This document shows positions 29,467-39,274 of a DNA stretch of 64,000 bases, piece after piece (within the stretch, counting starts at the first letter, position 1; each line of letters opens with the position of its first letter). The notes beneath the pieces are model-generated. The model was given only the letters and a program-made list of their open reading frames with translations, did no database searches and was not told the DNA's origin. Both the position numbers and the translations under genes were made by a program. The DNA lies in contig CAXXIA010000002.1 in NCBI GenBank assembly GCA_963666985.2, positions 1,952,001 through 2,016,000 of the forward strand, given 5' to 3'. This DNA is from Spirochaetia bacterium (lineage in GTDB: Bacteria; Spirochaetota; Spirochaetia; DSM-2461).

Positions 29467-31097
29467 TCCATTCTCTCCTCTCCGGTCTCCTTCGGCGGCG
29501 GAAAGACCAGACGGAAGATCGTCCCGCGGCCGACTTCCGAATCAAGTTCTATTTCCCCGGAATGACTCTGGACGATACCCAGGGAGATGGAGAGTCCCAA
29601 GCCCGTCCCGGCATTTTTTTCTTTGGTGGAATAGAACGGTTCAAATATTCGTTTTTGCTCCTCCGGCGTTATTCCCGAACCATTGTCTTCAACTTCGACG
29701 CAAATGTTCCCGGAGGCTCTGCAAAAGGTTCGAACGGTGATGAGGCCCCGGTCTTCTTGGATCGCATCCGCCGCATTGACCAACATATTCACCAAGACTT
29801 GTTCCAACTGGTTGGCATTGGCAGAGATATCCGGTACGGGATTTAATTGTTCTTCCACCCGTGCCTTGTACTTCAATTTGTTCCAAACCAGTTTTAAGGA
29901 GTTCCTTACTACGTTGTTCAGGTTTACCGGTTCCCGGGTCAATTCGTCCTTTCGGGCGAAACTTCTCAGACTCTTAACGATTTCCGTTATTTTCGTAATA
30001 CCCGTTTGAGCGTCGGAGATCATGGATTTCAGATCCTCCGCGATAAAATCCATGTCTTCCTTTTTAATGAGCTCTTCGATTTCCCGATTCAAAGAATCGC
30101 GATCGGCGGAATCCGCGCAAGTATCCCGGCGTCTATAAAGTTCAATAAGGCGGTCATAGACCTCCAGATACTCTTTCAGGGTTTGTGAGTTGCTGTAGAG
30201 ATAACTCGCCGGATTGTTTATTTCATGGGCAATGCCCGCCGCCAGCTGTCCCAGAGAGGCCAGGCGTTCCTGCTGTATCATTTGATTTTGTGTTTCGGAG
30301 AGTTTCTTAAGAGAGTCTTTAAGCTCCCGTGTTCGTCGGTTAACCGTTTCTTCCAGAATTAGATTCTGGTTCTTGAGGTTCGATGTCATCCTGTTGAAGA
30401 TTTCTCCCAACTGTTCAAATTCCCGAGGAACATGTATCTCCACTTTTGCCGTTAAATCGCCGTTGGAAACGCGGGCGGTGGCGTCGGAGAGGTTCTTCAG
30501 AGGATTCTTAAACCAGAGATAAATCATGGATGTCACCACGACGGCGAAAAAAACGAACACGATGGTGACCGAAACAATCAGCTGGTAGCTTAATTTTCGA
30601 TATTCCTTGAGATAGTGTTTTTCATCGATAAGAACATCGAAAAGAAGGGAACCGTTTTTAATGATTTTAACGCCGTGCAGACCGTCGTGTTCATCAATGA
30701 AAACCATTTGACGGTCCGAAGAAGATATCTTGTCCGGCTCTTCGAGAAGCCAGTTATGGAAAAACGATTCCGGAAGCATCTCGGGACTATAGAGAATCTC
30801 ACCGCTTCGTGGATCCGCGAAGGCCGCACCGAGAACGGCCTCATTAAGCGGAAGGAGTTCCAGAATTTCGTTGAATCCCAAGTTGGAAAAATGACCGGAG
30901 GATAACGTCATATCGAGAGTTTCGGTCAGAAGCTCGATGCTGTGCCGCAGTTCCAGCCGCCCGTGGTTTTTCAGGATTTGATGAGAAAAACCCAAGACCG
31001 CCGAAAGACCGAGTACGGCGGCCAATGAGAGAACTATGAGAAGGCGCTGAATCAAAGTAAAATTGTGCACGGCCGATCCGGATCGTTTTTTCATCAT
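29463..31097 (-). CDS. Membrane HAMP-domain histidine kinase
   Basis: Two TMs, HAMP, AGIAHEINNP, N/G boxes. Confidence 0.92.
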   Translation of the reverse strand: MMKKRSGSAVHNFTLIQRLLIVLSLAAVLGLSAVLGFSHQILKNHGRLELRHSIELLTETLDMTLSSGHFSNLGFNEILELLPLNEAVLGAAFADPRSGEILYSPEMLPESFFHNWLLEEPDKISSSDRQMVFIDEHDGLHGVKIIKNGSLLFDVLIDEKHYLKEYRKLSYQLIVSVTIVFVFFAVVVTSMIYLWFKNPLKNLSDATARVSNGDLTAKVEIHVPREFEQLGEIFNRMTSNLKNQNLILEETVNRRTRELKDSLKKLSETQNQMIQQERLASLGQLAAGIAHEINNPASYLYSNSQTLKEYLEVYDRLIELYRRRDTCADSADRDSLNREIEELIKKEDMDFIAEDLKSMISDAQTGITKITEIVKSLRSFARKDELTREPVNLNNVVRNSLKLVWNKLKYKARVEEQLNPVPDISANANQLEQVLVNMLVNAADAIQEDRGLITVRTFCRASGNICVEVEDNGSGITPEEQKRIFEPFYSTKEKNAGTGLGLSISLGIVQSHSGEIELDSEVGRGTIFRLVFPPPKETGEERME

Positions 31098-31177
31098 CGA
31101 TAAAAGTCTAGTCTGCGTCTGTTTACGAAATCAAAACAATCTTTGATTTTACCGCCGGCATAAACGAAAGTTTTTCT

Positions 31178-32383
31178 ATGAAATATCTGTTGATGTTCTT
31201 GATGTTTCTTTTCGCCGAAGCTGCGGCGTTTGCGGAGATGGATGCCAATCTGATCGTTGAATTTGTGGGAGAAGATTTCGACAAAGTATCGATAAAGCCG
31301 GATAACACGCGATATCTGTCCATACTGGGTTCTTTCACTCCTCAGTTTGTCTGGAAACAGGGTCGGACTTTGGCGCTGTTAAACGTTCAAATTTATGGAG
31401 AGTTGGGATTGACCGATCCCGCGGATTCTTCGATTGTTTCCGGCAGTTTCGGACGAGAGGGACTCTGGCTGGCGCAAATCAAAGTAGACAGTTTTTTTCA
31501 TGCTTTTTTCGGCGAATCGGACTTCTACTTCAAGGGTGGCCGATACACGGCGGATTTACCGTGGCATTTTGGAGGATTATTTGAAACCGGGACAATTGAG
31601 GCCGGATGGTGGCCGGCTTTCGGGCCGAAAATTTTCTTTCAGCAAATTTGGTATAACTGGAATAAAGAAGATTTTTCCGACGCGGATAATCAATTAATCC
31701 ATTCTCTCGCATTGGATGTTCATTTCTCCGACAGCCGTCTTAAAGTGCGTTTTCCGTTCTCCTTTTCCGAAAACATGCTGGATTTAAGAGTGTTCCCTTC
31801 CGCTGCATATCAATATCATCAGGGGGTTTGGTTATGGGACCTCACGGGAGGTGTAGGCTGGCGGGAGAATATTTCGAAGGAGCAAGGGACGTGCTTCGGT
31901 TTGCGTTCGGAAGTCGAATGGGAATACATCCACGGTCATTCAACTTCGGTCTTGGTCGGTCTCATTTCGGCTTTTGATGAAAGCCGAAATAACTATAAAT
32001 GGGTATCTGTGGACAATAAATATTTCGAACAGCAGTATGGCAGCCATGTGGACTATTTGTACCAGGAAGCGGGAAACGTCGGAGGTCTGGTATCCTTGGG
32101 AGTTCGTCAAACGGGGACTTGGGATTATTCGGGAAACGGCCTTATGAAATTTTGGGTAGGAGGTTCCCTTCATTGGTCCTGGATTAATACCGCAGGAGAC
32201 GGCCATTATATCGGCACCGTCATCGGCGGGGATGTGCGATTCTACGACCTTATCGATGCAAACAGTCTCTTGGAACTCTATGCCAGTCTTCTGATTCCCG
32301 GAAATTACAGTACCGTCGGCGGAACTCAGCAGCGGAATCTCGGTGTCCAAATTATCATCAAGCTGCAGCAAACCCTCTACTGA
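31178..32383 (+). CDS. Putative outer-membrane beta-barrel protein
   Basis: Signal peptide ending AAAFA, aromatic/Gly-rich amphipathic strands, C-terminal aromatic residue (Y). Confidence 0.5.
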   Translation: MKYLLMFLMFLFAEAAAFAEMDANLIVEFVGEDFDKVSIKPDNTRYLSILGSFTPQFVWKQGRTLALLNVQIYGELGLTDPADSSIVSGSFGREGLWLAQIKVDSFFHAFFGESDFYFKGGRYTADLPWHFGGLFETGTIEAGWWPAFGPKIFFQQIWYNWNKEDFSDADNQLIHSLALDVHFSDSRLKVRFPFSFSENMLDLRVFPSAAYQYHQGVWLWDLTGGVGWRENISKEQGTCFGLRSEVEWEYIHGHSTSVLVGLISAFDESRNNYKWVSVDNKYFEQQYGSHVDYLYQEAGNVGGLVSLGVRQTGTWDYSGNGLMKFWVGGSLHWSWINTAGDGHYIGTVIGGDVRFYDLIDANSLLELYASLLIPGNYSTVGGTQQRNLGVQIIIKLQQTLY

Positions 32384-33798
32384 AGTCTTTTACCAATTTG
32401 AAAATAGGCGAGTCGGTTGTACAGTTGCCTCCGCGAGATTCCGAGGGAATCGGCTGCCCGGGACCGGTTGTTGTCATATTTTTTTAATACCGCTTCGAGA
32501 AACCGTTTTTCCGCCGCTTCAAGGTAAGATTTCAATGTATGGGTCAACATTCTTTCGTCCTGTTCCTCGGGAAATTCTTTATGAGGGGCGGACGGGATTT
32601 CGACCGAAGAGAGCGATGGAAGATCTTGCAAAGAAATTTGCGGTCCCGGGGCCAATGTTACGCATCGGGCAACGATGTTTTCCAATTCCCTGATGTTTCC
32701 GGGGAAATTATGGTCTTGCAGAGCAGCCAGAGCTTCTTCCGTGAATCCGTCAAGCGGTGTGTTCCGGACGTTTTTATATTTTTCCAGGAAATGAACGATC
32801 AGCAGGGCAATGTCGTCCCGACGATTCCGCAAAGGAGGCACCTCAAGGGTTAATGTTTCCAAACGAAAGAATAAATCCTGTCGGAAACTTCCGTCGGCCA
32901 CCATCTTCTTCAAATCCCGGTTGGTGGCGGCGATAACATGAACATCGCAGGTTCGCGGCCGACTGTCGCCCAGTCGCTCAAAGCTGCCGTCTTGGAGAAC
33001 ACGCAGCAGTTTTGCCTGTAGTTCCGGCGCCATTTCAGCAATCTCATCCAAGAACAGAGTCCCGTTATCCGCGAGTTCAAATTTACCTTTTCGGTGATTC
33101 TCCGCACCCGTAAAGGCGCCTTTGACATGACCGAACATCTCGCTTTCCAGAAGCTGGGGACTCAACGCCGCGCAATTGACCTTTATAAACGGCCCGTCCC
33201 GGCGAACGCTCCGGTGATGGAGGAAATCGGCCACCAATTCTTTGCCCGTGCCGCTTTCGCCCAGAATGAGCACAGGGAGCGGAGTGTCTTTGATTTGGGT
33301 GAGCTGCCGCATTAAGCGGTCCATGACCGCACTGCGGAAGATAATTCTATGGTTTCTATGCTGGTCGTCCAGCTGAGCTTCAAGCCGTTCCACTTTTTCC
33401 AGGAGTTCGGAATCCTGAATGATTCGCCGAACAACCTCTTCCAGCTCCACCATTTCGAATGGTTTACTCAGGTAGTCAACGGCTCCTTTCCGGATCATTC
33501 CCACGGCTTCCCGAACCTGGCTGTCGGCGGAAATGACAATCACCTTTCCTTTGGGATAACGGTCAAGAAAGCGGTTCAGGAGTTCTCGTCCGTCCAATTC
33601 GGGCATGTGCAGATCGGTAATCAGAAAATGAAAAAAAGACTTTTGAATGCGCTGTAAAGCTTCGGTGGATCGGGAATGATATTCCACCGCTTTATCTCGG
33701 AAAAAAGAGCTGCGGCTCATTTGCCTTTTAAGTGCCGAGAGATACTCCGGTTCGTCGTCTACGACGAGTATACGAAAATTCGGTGTTTCATCTCGCAT
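32377..33798 (-). CDS. Sigma-54-dependent NtrC-family response regulator
   Basis: Receiver, GESGTGKE, GAFTGA, LFLDEI, Fis-type HTH. Confidence 0.95.
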   Translation of the reverse strand: MRDETPNFRILVVDDEPEYLSALKRQMSRSSFFRDKAVEYHSRSTEALQRIQKSFFHFLITDLHMPELDGRELLNRFLDRYPKGKVIVISADSQVREAVGMIRKGAVDYLSKPFEMVELEEVVRRIIQDSELLEKVERLEAQLDDQHRNHRIIFRSAVMDRLMRQLTQIKDTPLPVLILGESGTGKELVADFLHHRSVRRDGPFIKVNCAALSPQLLESEMFGHVKGAFTGAENHRKGKFELADNGTLFLDEIAEMAPELQAKLLRVLQDGSFERLGDSRPRTCDVHVIAATNRDLKKMVADGSFRQDLFFRLETLTLEVPPLRNRRDDIALLIVHFLEKYKNVRNTPLDGFTEEALAALQDHNFPGNIRELENIVARCVTLAPGPQISLQDLPSLSSVEIPSAPHKEFPEEQDERMLTHTLKSYLEAAEKRFLEAVLKKYDNNRSRAADSLGISRRQLYNRLAYFQIGKRLQ

Positions 33799-33883
33799 TC
33801 CGATTCCTCGAATACTATCATAAGATTTAGGAGGTTAACTAATCAACAAACAGCGTCGAAAGAATGCCCGAGGGGTTCGTGCG

Positions 33884-35098
33884 TTGCTGCTGCGTCATCA
33901 GGCTCGAATTTTCCCCTTTTTAGACATCGCCCTTAATGCATTCAACTATCTCTATCATATCTACGTCTCGTGGTATCTCGTACCGGGAAACTACGGTATT
34001 CTCAACGCCCTTTTGGGCTTGTCCGTTATCCTTATGGTCTCGGGCATCGCTTTTCAGAATTTCATGGCCCGAAATCGGTCCGCTTCAGGGGATGTTCCGG
34101 TTCGGGGAAGGATCTTTTTTTCAGGACTGGCCATCTGGGGGGGGATTCCTCCCGTCCTCCTGCTGGGCGGTTCGTTTTGGATAGCGGAATTCACCCGAAG
34201 CTCTTTCAAATCGGTTCTTTTGCTGTCGCTTCTTTATATCATCCATCTGACACTCAGCGCGCTGCGTGGAATTATCCAGGGGAAACGGCATTTCTTGGCT
34301 CTTAATGTCAGTTTCTACATCGAGGTCGGCGTGAAACTGACGCTGCTGTATTTTCTCCTTCCCATCTATCGGTCGGTGGAAATCGCCTTGGCCGTCATCG
34401 TTATCGGCATGGCAGCGTCGCTGATTCACGCCTTTTTCTTTCTCCGTTCTCAAGGAGAGTTTCAGCCTTCGGAGTCTTCCGAACTCTCACGGACCATCAG
34501 GCTCACCGTTATCATGCAGGGCGTCTCCATTCTTTACGCCGCCAACTTGGTTCTTTATCTGTTTACATCTTTGGACATCCTTTTGGTTAATTATCGCTTT
34601 CCGAAAGATGCCGGCATGTTTGCCGTTCTACAGAAATACGGTCAGATCAGCTTCTTCGCCGGATCAAGCCTTATGACCGTTATGCTGCCCAGTCTCGGAG
34701 CCAGTCTTCCGTCCATGAAGAATTTCTCCGGTGTCCTCAGGCGCTTCGCCCTTATCCTCCTTTCCGGTTTGGTTGCCATGATCCTTGCTTACCGTTTCGT
34801 TCTTCCCTGGACCGTGAAGCCCATTTTCGGGGAGGCCTATGCCGCCGCCGCCGATTATCTGGTGCTTTCGGGGCTTACTTATGCGTTTCTGGTGATTGCT
34901 CTGTTCTTCTCAACATCCTTGATTGCGCTGAATAAAAAAGTTTACGTACCCATTCTCGCACTGGGGGCTCTGCTGCTCATTCCCGGCCTGCTCATTGTTC
35001 CTGCGCCGGTGATTAATGTGTTCAAGATGCAGATCGGGATTTATCTCACCCTTGCCCTTGTGCTGGGAATCGTCGTTATAAAGGAGGTCCGTTTATGA
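33884..35098 (+). CDS. Wzx/MOP-type oligosaccharide flippase
   Basis: About 12 TMs, NYLYH, YG.LNAL, RGIIQG..F, DILLV; first gene of a glycosyltransferase operon. Confidence 0.75.
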   Translation: MLLRHQARIFPFLDIALNAFNYLYHIYVSWYLVPGNYGILNALLGLSVILMVSGIAFQNFMARNRSASGDVPVRGRIFFSGLAIWGGIPPVLLLGGSFWIAEFTRSSFKSVLLLSLLYIIHLTLSALRGIIQGKRHFLALNVSFYIEVGVKLTLLYFLLPIYRSVEIALAVIVIGMAASLIHAFFFLRSQGEFQPSESSELSRTIRLTVIMQGVSILYAANLVLYLFTSLDILLVNYRFPKDAGMFAVLQKYGQISFFAGSSLMTVMLPSLGASLPSMKNFSGVLRRFALILLSGLVAMILAYRFVLPWTVKPIFGEAYAAAADYLVLSGLTYAFLVIALFFSTSLIALNKKVYVPILALGALLLIPGLLIVPAPVINVFKMQIGIYLTLALVLGIVVIKEVRL

Positions 35099-36339
35099 AA
35101 TCAGTCGTATTGGAACCGGATAATCGAGTCACGTTGCTCTTCTTGTCTTGGAGGGATATCAAAGCACCGAAAATGGGTGGGGCGGAACTCTACACTCATG
35201 AGATGATGGTCCGGAGCGACCGGAAAGCCTGGCGCATCATCCATTTTTCCCCGGGCGTTCAGGGACTTTCGGATGATGAGGTGATTGACGGTATCCGATA
35301 TCTGAGGGCGGGGGGCATCCTGTCGGTTATCTGGAAAGCCCGTCGGTTCTATAAGGTTAACCGGGAACGAATCCGTTTCGTTATTGACCAGTGCAACAGT
35401 CATCGATTCTTCACCCGGTTCTGGGTGCCGGCGAAAAAACGTGTGTTTTTCATCCATCAGCTCACCCGGGAAATATGGACAATCCAGGCGCCTTTCCCCA
35501 TCGGGTTCATTGGCCGATTGACCGAGAACCCTCTTCTGAAACTTTCACGCAGGGATCCGACTATCGCCGTGTCGCCGTCGACGAAACAGGATCTGCTGGA
35601 TGTAGGATTCTCCGACGCTCTGACCGCTGTTATTCCCGAGGGCTTGGATTTCGAGGTCTGGCCTCCCGAACGATGGCTAGAAAAAGCCGATCCGTCGGTG
35701 TTCGTGTATGTCGGGAGGTATTCCACCTATAAAGGGATCGATGTTGCTCTTCAGGCTTACTTTATCGCCAAAAAAACCCACCCGAGCATCCGGTTCTGGG
35801 TGCTCGGCAAGAGGAATGAAGACTATATCACCCGTCATTTGGCACCGCTTTGTAAGAGGGCCTCGCTCACTCAGGCGGCACCGGGATGGAACAACCCTCC
35901 TTTTGAGACGGTAGCTCCGGAATCCGCCGACGTTATATATTGGGGATTTGTTTCGGAGCAGGAGAAATTGGAGAGAATGTCCCGGGCCAGGCTGCTGATC
36001 TTCCCGTCGATTCGTGAGGGCTGGGGACTGATTATCTCCGAAGCCGCGGCCGTCGGCACGCCCAGCGTAGTCTTCGATGCACCGGGATCCCGGGACGCCG
36101 TGGATAAAGGAAATGCCGGATATCTCTGTGAAACACGGTCGCCGGAGTGTTTCGCCCGACAGATGATTTTGGCCATCGAGGATACTGCCGGTTATGAAGA
36201 TATGCGCTCCCGGGCCCATCGTTTCGCTTCGGTGTTACACTGGGATCGTACCGGTGCGGCCATGGACGCGTTCTTCAACGACTTGCTGAACGGCCGGGAG
36301 CCCGGACATTCCACAACCCTACAGGCTGATTATGATTAA
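35095..36339 (+). CDS. Glycosyltransferase family 4
   Basis: WRDIKAPKMGGAE, VGR...KG, PSIREGWGLIISEAAAVGTP. Confidence 0.9.
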   Translation: MKSVVLEPDNRVTLLFLSWRDIKAPKMGGAELYTHEMMVRSDRKAWRIIHFSPGVQGLSDDEVIDGIRYLRAGGILSVIWKARRFYKVNRERIRFVIDQCNSHRFFTRFWVPAKKRVFFIHQLTREIWTIQAPFPIGFIGRLTENPLLKLSRRDPTIAVSPSTKQDLLDVGFSDALTAVIPEGLDFEVWPPERWLEKADPSVFVYVGRYSTYKGIDVALQAYFIAKKTHPSIRFWVLGKRNEDYITRHLAPLCKRASLTQAAPGWNNPPFETVAPESADVIYWGFVSEQEKLERMSRARLLIFPSIREGWGLIISEAAAVGTPSVVFDAPGSRDAVDKGNAGYLCETRSPECFARQMILAIEDTAGYEDMRSRAHRFASVLHWDRTGAAMDAFFNDLLNGREPGHSTTLQADYD

Positions 36340-37249
36340 GAAACCGGCTGAAACTCTTCAGTCATCCGTTAGCTCACCGGTGTTGGGCATTGCCTTTTCC
36401 TGCTTTAACAATGGGGAAACCGCCGGAAAGTGTCTTGCCAGCTGCATTGCTCAGAGCTGGAAAAATCTTGTTATTGAGGCGGCCGACGACGGTTCGACCG
36501 ACAACACGGTCGAAATCTTAATGCGAACCTCGGGAGATGATTCACGGGTGCATGTCCTGGAACTGTCTCATGGTGAACGCGGCGTGGCACGTAAAGCCGC
36601 CATCGACGCCTTGAGGGAAAAAGGATGCGATTACCTGTTGTTCATTGATTCTGATATGGAATTGGCCTCCGATCTTTGCGAACTCTGCTTGGAGAACTTA
36701 GCTGTTCACCCGGAGATAGGCGCTTTAGTGATTCCCGAGATTCCCTGGAGCGAATCGACGAATTTCTTTACCCGGGTTAAAATTTTCGAACGTTCGATTT
36801 TAAACAATGCCGGGAAACGTATCGGACGATTTTCCATCGAGGCGGCCAGATTCTGGCGGTTTCCTGTTTATGACCTTTCGGGCGGCATCAGCGAAACTCA
36901 GATCGCCTTCGAGGAGACCCAGCCGACGATTCGTTATCTGGACCAGGGAGGAATCGTCCGGCGGGCGGTTTTCACCGGTATGAAGCATAATGAAGGGTAT
37001 AACACGTTCAAGGCGATCATGGATAAGAAACGCTACTATTTCGATGCCATGCAGGGAACGATTACAGAGGAACGACAAGGCTTCTTTAAGGCCCTCTCTC
37101 GCTGGTATTTCTTTCGGCCGGTACTCTATCGTCCCTCCAACATGCTTCGTTATCTCCGCCATCCCGTTCTGGCATTGGCGATGTTTTATATGTATTTCCG
37201 ATTGAGCTTCGCGGCATTCGGAGCCTGGATGCGCAAGCGGAAGGGATAG
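36332..37249 (+). CDS. Glycosyltransferase family 2
   Basis: DDGSTDNT and FIDSD (DxD). Confidence 0.85.
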   Translation: MIKKPAETLQSSVSSPVLGIAFSCFNNGETAGKCLASCIAQSWKNLVIEAADDGSTDNTVEILMRTSGDDSRVHVLELSHGERGVARKAAIDALREKGCDYLLFIDSDMELASDLCELCLENLAVHPEIGALVIPEIPWSESTNFFTRVKIFERSILNNAGKRIGRFSIEAARFWRFPVYDLSGGISETQIAFEETQPTIRYLDQGGIVRRAVFTGMKHNEGYNTFKAIMDKKRYYFDAMQGTITEERQGFFKALSRWYFFRPVLYRPSNMLRYLRHPVLALAMFYMYFRLSFAAFGAWMRKRKG

Positions 37250-37290
37250 GACTTCGGACTGTGGTCCGACCAAAGGACCGGGAGGTTCCC

Positions 37291-37860
37291 TTATTCCCAG
37301 ATTAAGAATGGGCCGGTTCCATTCTCATGAATCTTCTTTCCATTATTCCCGATATGCCGGGAGGACGGCGAAGCGGCCAGCACCGAACCCGACGGTCCGC
37401 ATAGGACAACCGGTGTGTCGGCGGACTCGACAAGGTTCACCGCGTCTTTTTCTTCGAAACAGAAATTTCCCCGGTGTTTTAAAAGTTCGGCGTATTCCAG
37501 CGCCTGTAAAATTAAGTCTTTGGCTTCCTGGTTCACTCGCCAAGGTTTTGTTATGAACCGGAAAACCTCACCCCGATTAATCGCCGAGAGGATCATCGGA
37601 ATCTGTGCGTGGCCGGAGAGGACGATGCGTACCGTTCGAGGTGAAATTTCCTTGACCTTCTCAAGAAGAACCAAGCCGTTCATATCCGCCATCAGCAGAT
37701 CGCTGACCAGAACATCAATGTTCCGATCGGCGAGAATGGTGAGGGCTTCTTCCGGACTTGTAGTAAAAATTTGTTCAAAAGATTCGTTTCTCAGAAGGCG
37801 CTTGAGGGAGTCGAGGACCGGGAGTTCGTCGTCGACGAACAGAACTTTACTCCGTTCCAT
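37291..37860 (-). CDS. Response regulator receiver with short C-terminal extension
   Basis: LFVDDE, VSDLLM, LSG, KPW. Confidence 0.88.
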   Translation of the reverse strand: MERSKVLFVDDELPVLDSLKRLLRNESFEQIFTTSPEEALTILADRNIDVLVSDLLMADMNGLVLLEKVKEISPRTVRIVLSGHAQIPMILSAINRGEVFRFITKPWRVNQEAKDLILQALEYAELLKHRGNFCFEEKDAVNLVESADTPVVLCGPSGSVLAASPSSRHIGNNGKKIHENGTGPFLIWE

Positions 37861-38962
37861 ATGATACTCCTCGATTCATCTTCGGGATTGTACGGATCGA
37901 TCGGAGGAAGCGGAGCGAATCGCGGATGATGTCGACGTGGGAACCTTCCCGATCGATACAGACTACCGGCATCTGCAGAACCCTGAAACGAAGTTTGCGT
38001 GCCAGATACATCATTTCCAGGTCGATGGCCAATCCGTTCTCTTCATGGAGATGATGGAGAATATGGCGGGCGGCCACCGCGTTCATGGCCTTTAGACCGG
38101 TTTGTGAATCGTAAACTCCGGGGGGCAGCAGGCGGGATGTCAGTCTCCTCTTACCGAAACTCATCAAGCGGCGAATGGGAGGCCTGTTTTCGGCTGTGAG
38201 ATCCTTTGTCCCCACAACCATGTCGTAATATCCTTCCCTCAGGATGTTGATCATCTTCGAGATATCCTCGATACGGAATGAGTCGTCGGCATCCGCAAAC
38301 ACAAGGATATCGGCCTTAATCGACTGTATCCCCTGAATGTAAGTTCCCGCCTTTCTCGTATTCTTTTGGAGATTCTGAAGGGAGAAAAAAGGTTCCCTGT
38401 GCACGATGTTCACATCTTCACTTTCCTGGGCGATGATATGGTCGATAACCTTCTGCGTGTTGTCCGCGCTTCCGTCGTTGATGAAATAGATCGTGGTGTT
38501 GAGAAACGCCTTTTCCATAAAAACGCGAAGTTTCTTCAAGAAACTGTAGACGTTCTCGATGCGGGCTTCTTCGTTGTAAACGGGAAGAATGACCGCGATG
38601 TCGTTCCGCACCGAAGAGTATTCCTGATGCATCAGTGTTTCGACTTTCTCCAAAAGCTGTTCCGGATATTCGGATCTCCAGTAAAGCAAAGAAACCGGCC
38701 CATATCCGGGGATGTTTCGGAGGAATCCGGTTTTGTTTTTTGTGATGTAATCTTCAATGAATAGAAGTGGGATATCCGGACGCATTCCTCGAACTTTCGC
38801 GGCGGTATCAGCAATCGCCGCATCGTCGTTTCGGTCGATGATGACGGCATTCACCTCATCGCCGAGTTCGGATGTTTCATTGAGGCTTACGTCGAAAAAC
38901 GACAAGATTTTGTTATAGGGAATGGCTCTATCTCCGTCTGAAACCACAGAAATAGCAGACAT
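37847..38962 (-). CDS. GT2 polyprenol-phosphate glycosyltransferase-like protein with an extra N-terminal domain
   Basis: ILPVYNE, INDGSAD, DADD, DSQTGLKA (DPM/DPG-synthase-like). GGAGGTG RBS before ATG 38962. Confidence 0.82.
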   Translation of the reverse strand: MSAISVVSDGDRAIPYNKILSFFDVSLNETSELGDEVNAVIIDRNDDAAIADTAAKVRGMRPDIPLLFIEDYITKNKTGFLRNIPGYGPVSLLYWRSEYPEQLLEKVETLMHQEYSSVRNDIAVILPVYNEEARIENVYSFLKKLRVFMEKAFLNTTIYFINDGSADNTQKVIDHIIAQESEDVNIVHREPFFSLQNLQKNTRKAGTYIQGIQSIKADILVFADADDSFRIEDISKMINILREGYYDMVVGTKDLTAENRPPIRRLMSFGKRRLTSRLLPPGVYDSQTGLKAMNAVAARHILHHLHEENGLAIDLEMMYLARKLRFRVLQMPVVCIDREGSHVDIIRDSLRFLRSIRTIPKMNRGVSYGTE

Positions 38963-39274
38963 TTTTACACCTCCGCTAAAAGCGTAATTCATCATTTTAC
39001 AGGAAACAATACGTCATTTTTCCAGCGGAAATAATTATTGGATGGAGGGATTCGACGAATTGTCTTCCGGAGTATCGAAAATCATGCAAAGACTCGAACC
39101 AAATCTTCTTCCGATCGCCTTATGCACCCGTGTTCGCCGAAAATTCGGAAATTTCAGTCCGGGACGGCTTTATCAGTCCTGCCGATGCGGGCCGATGGCT
39201 TCGGGAAGAACCTCCGTACGGCAGTACCCGGCATAAAAAGATATGGTACGCCGCGAATCCGCCCATATGCCGAT

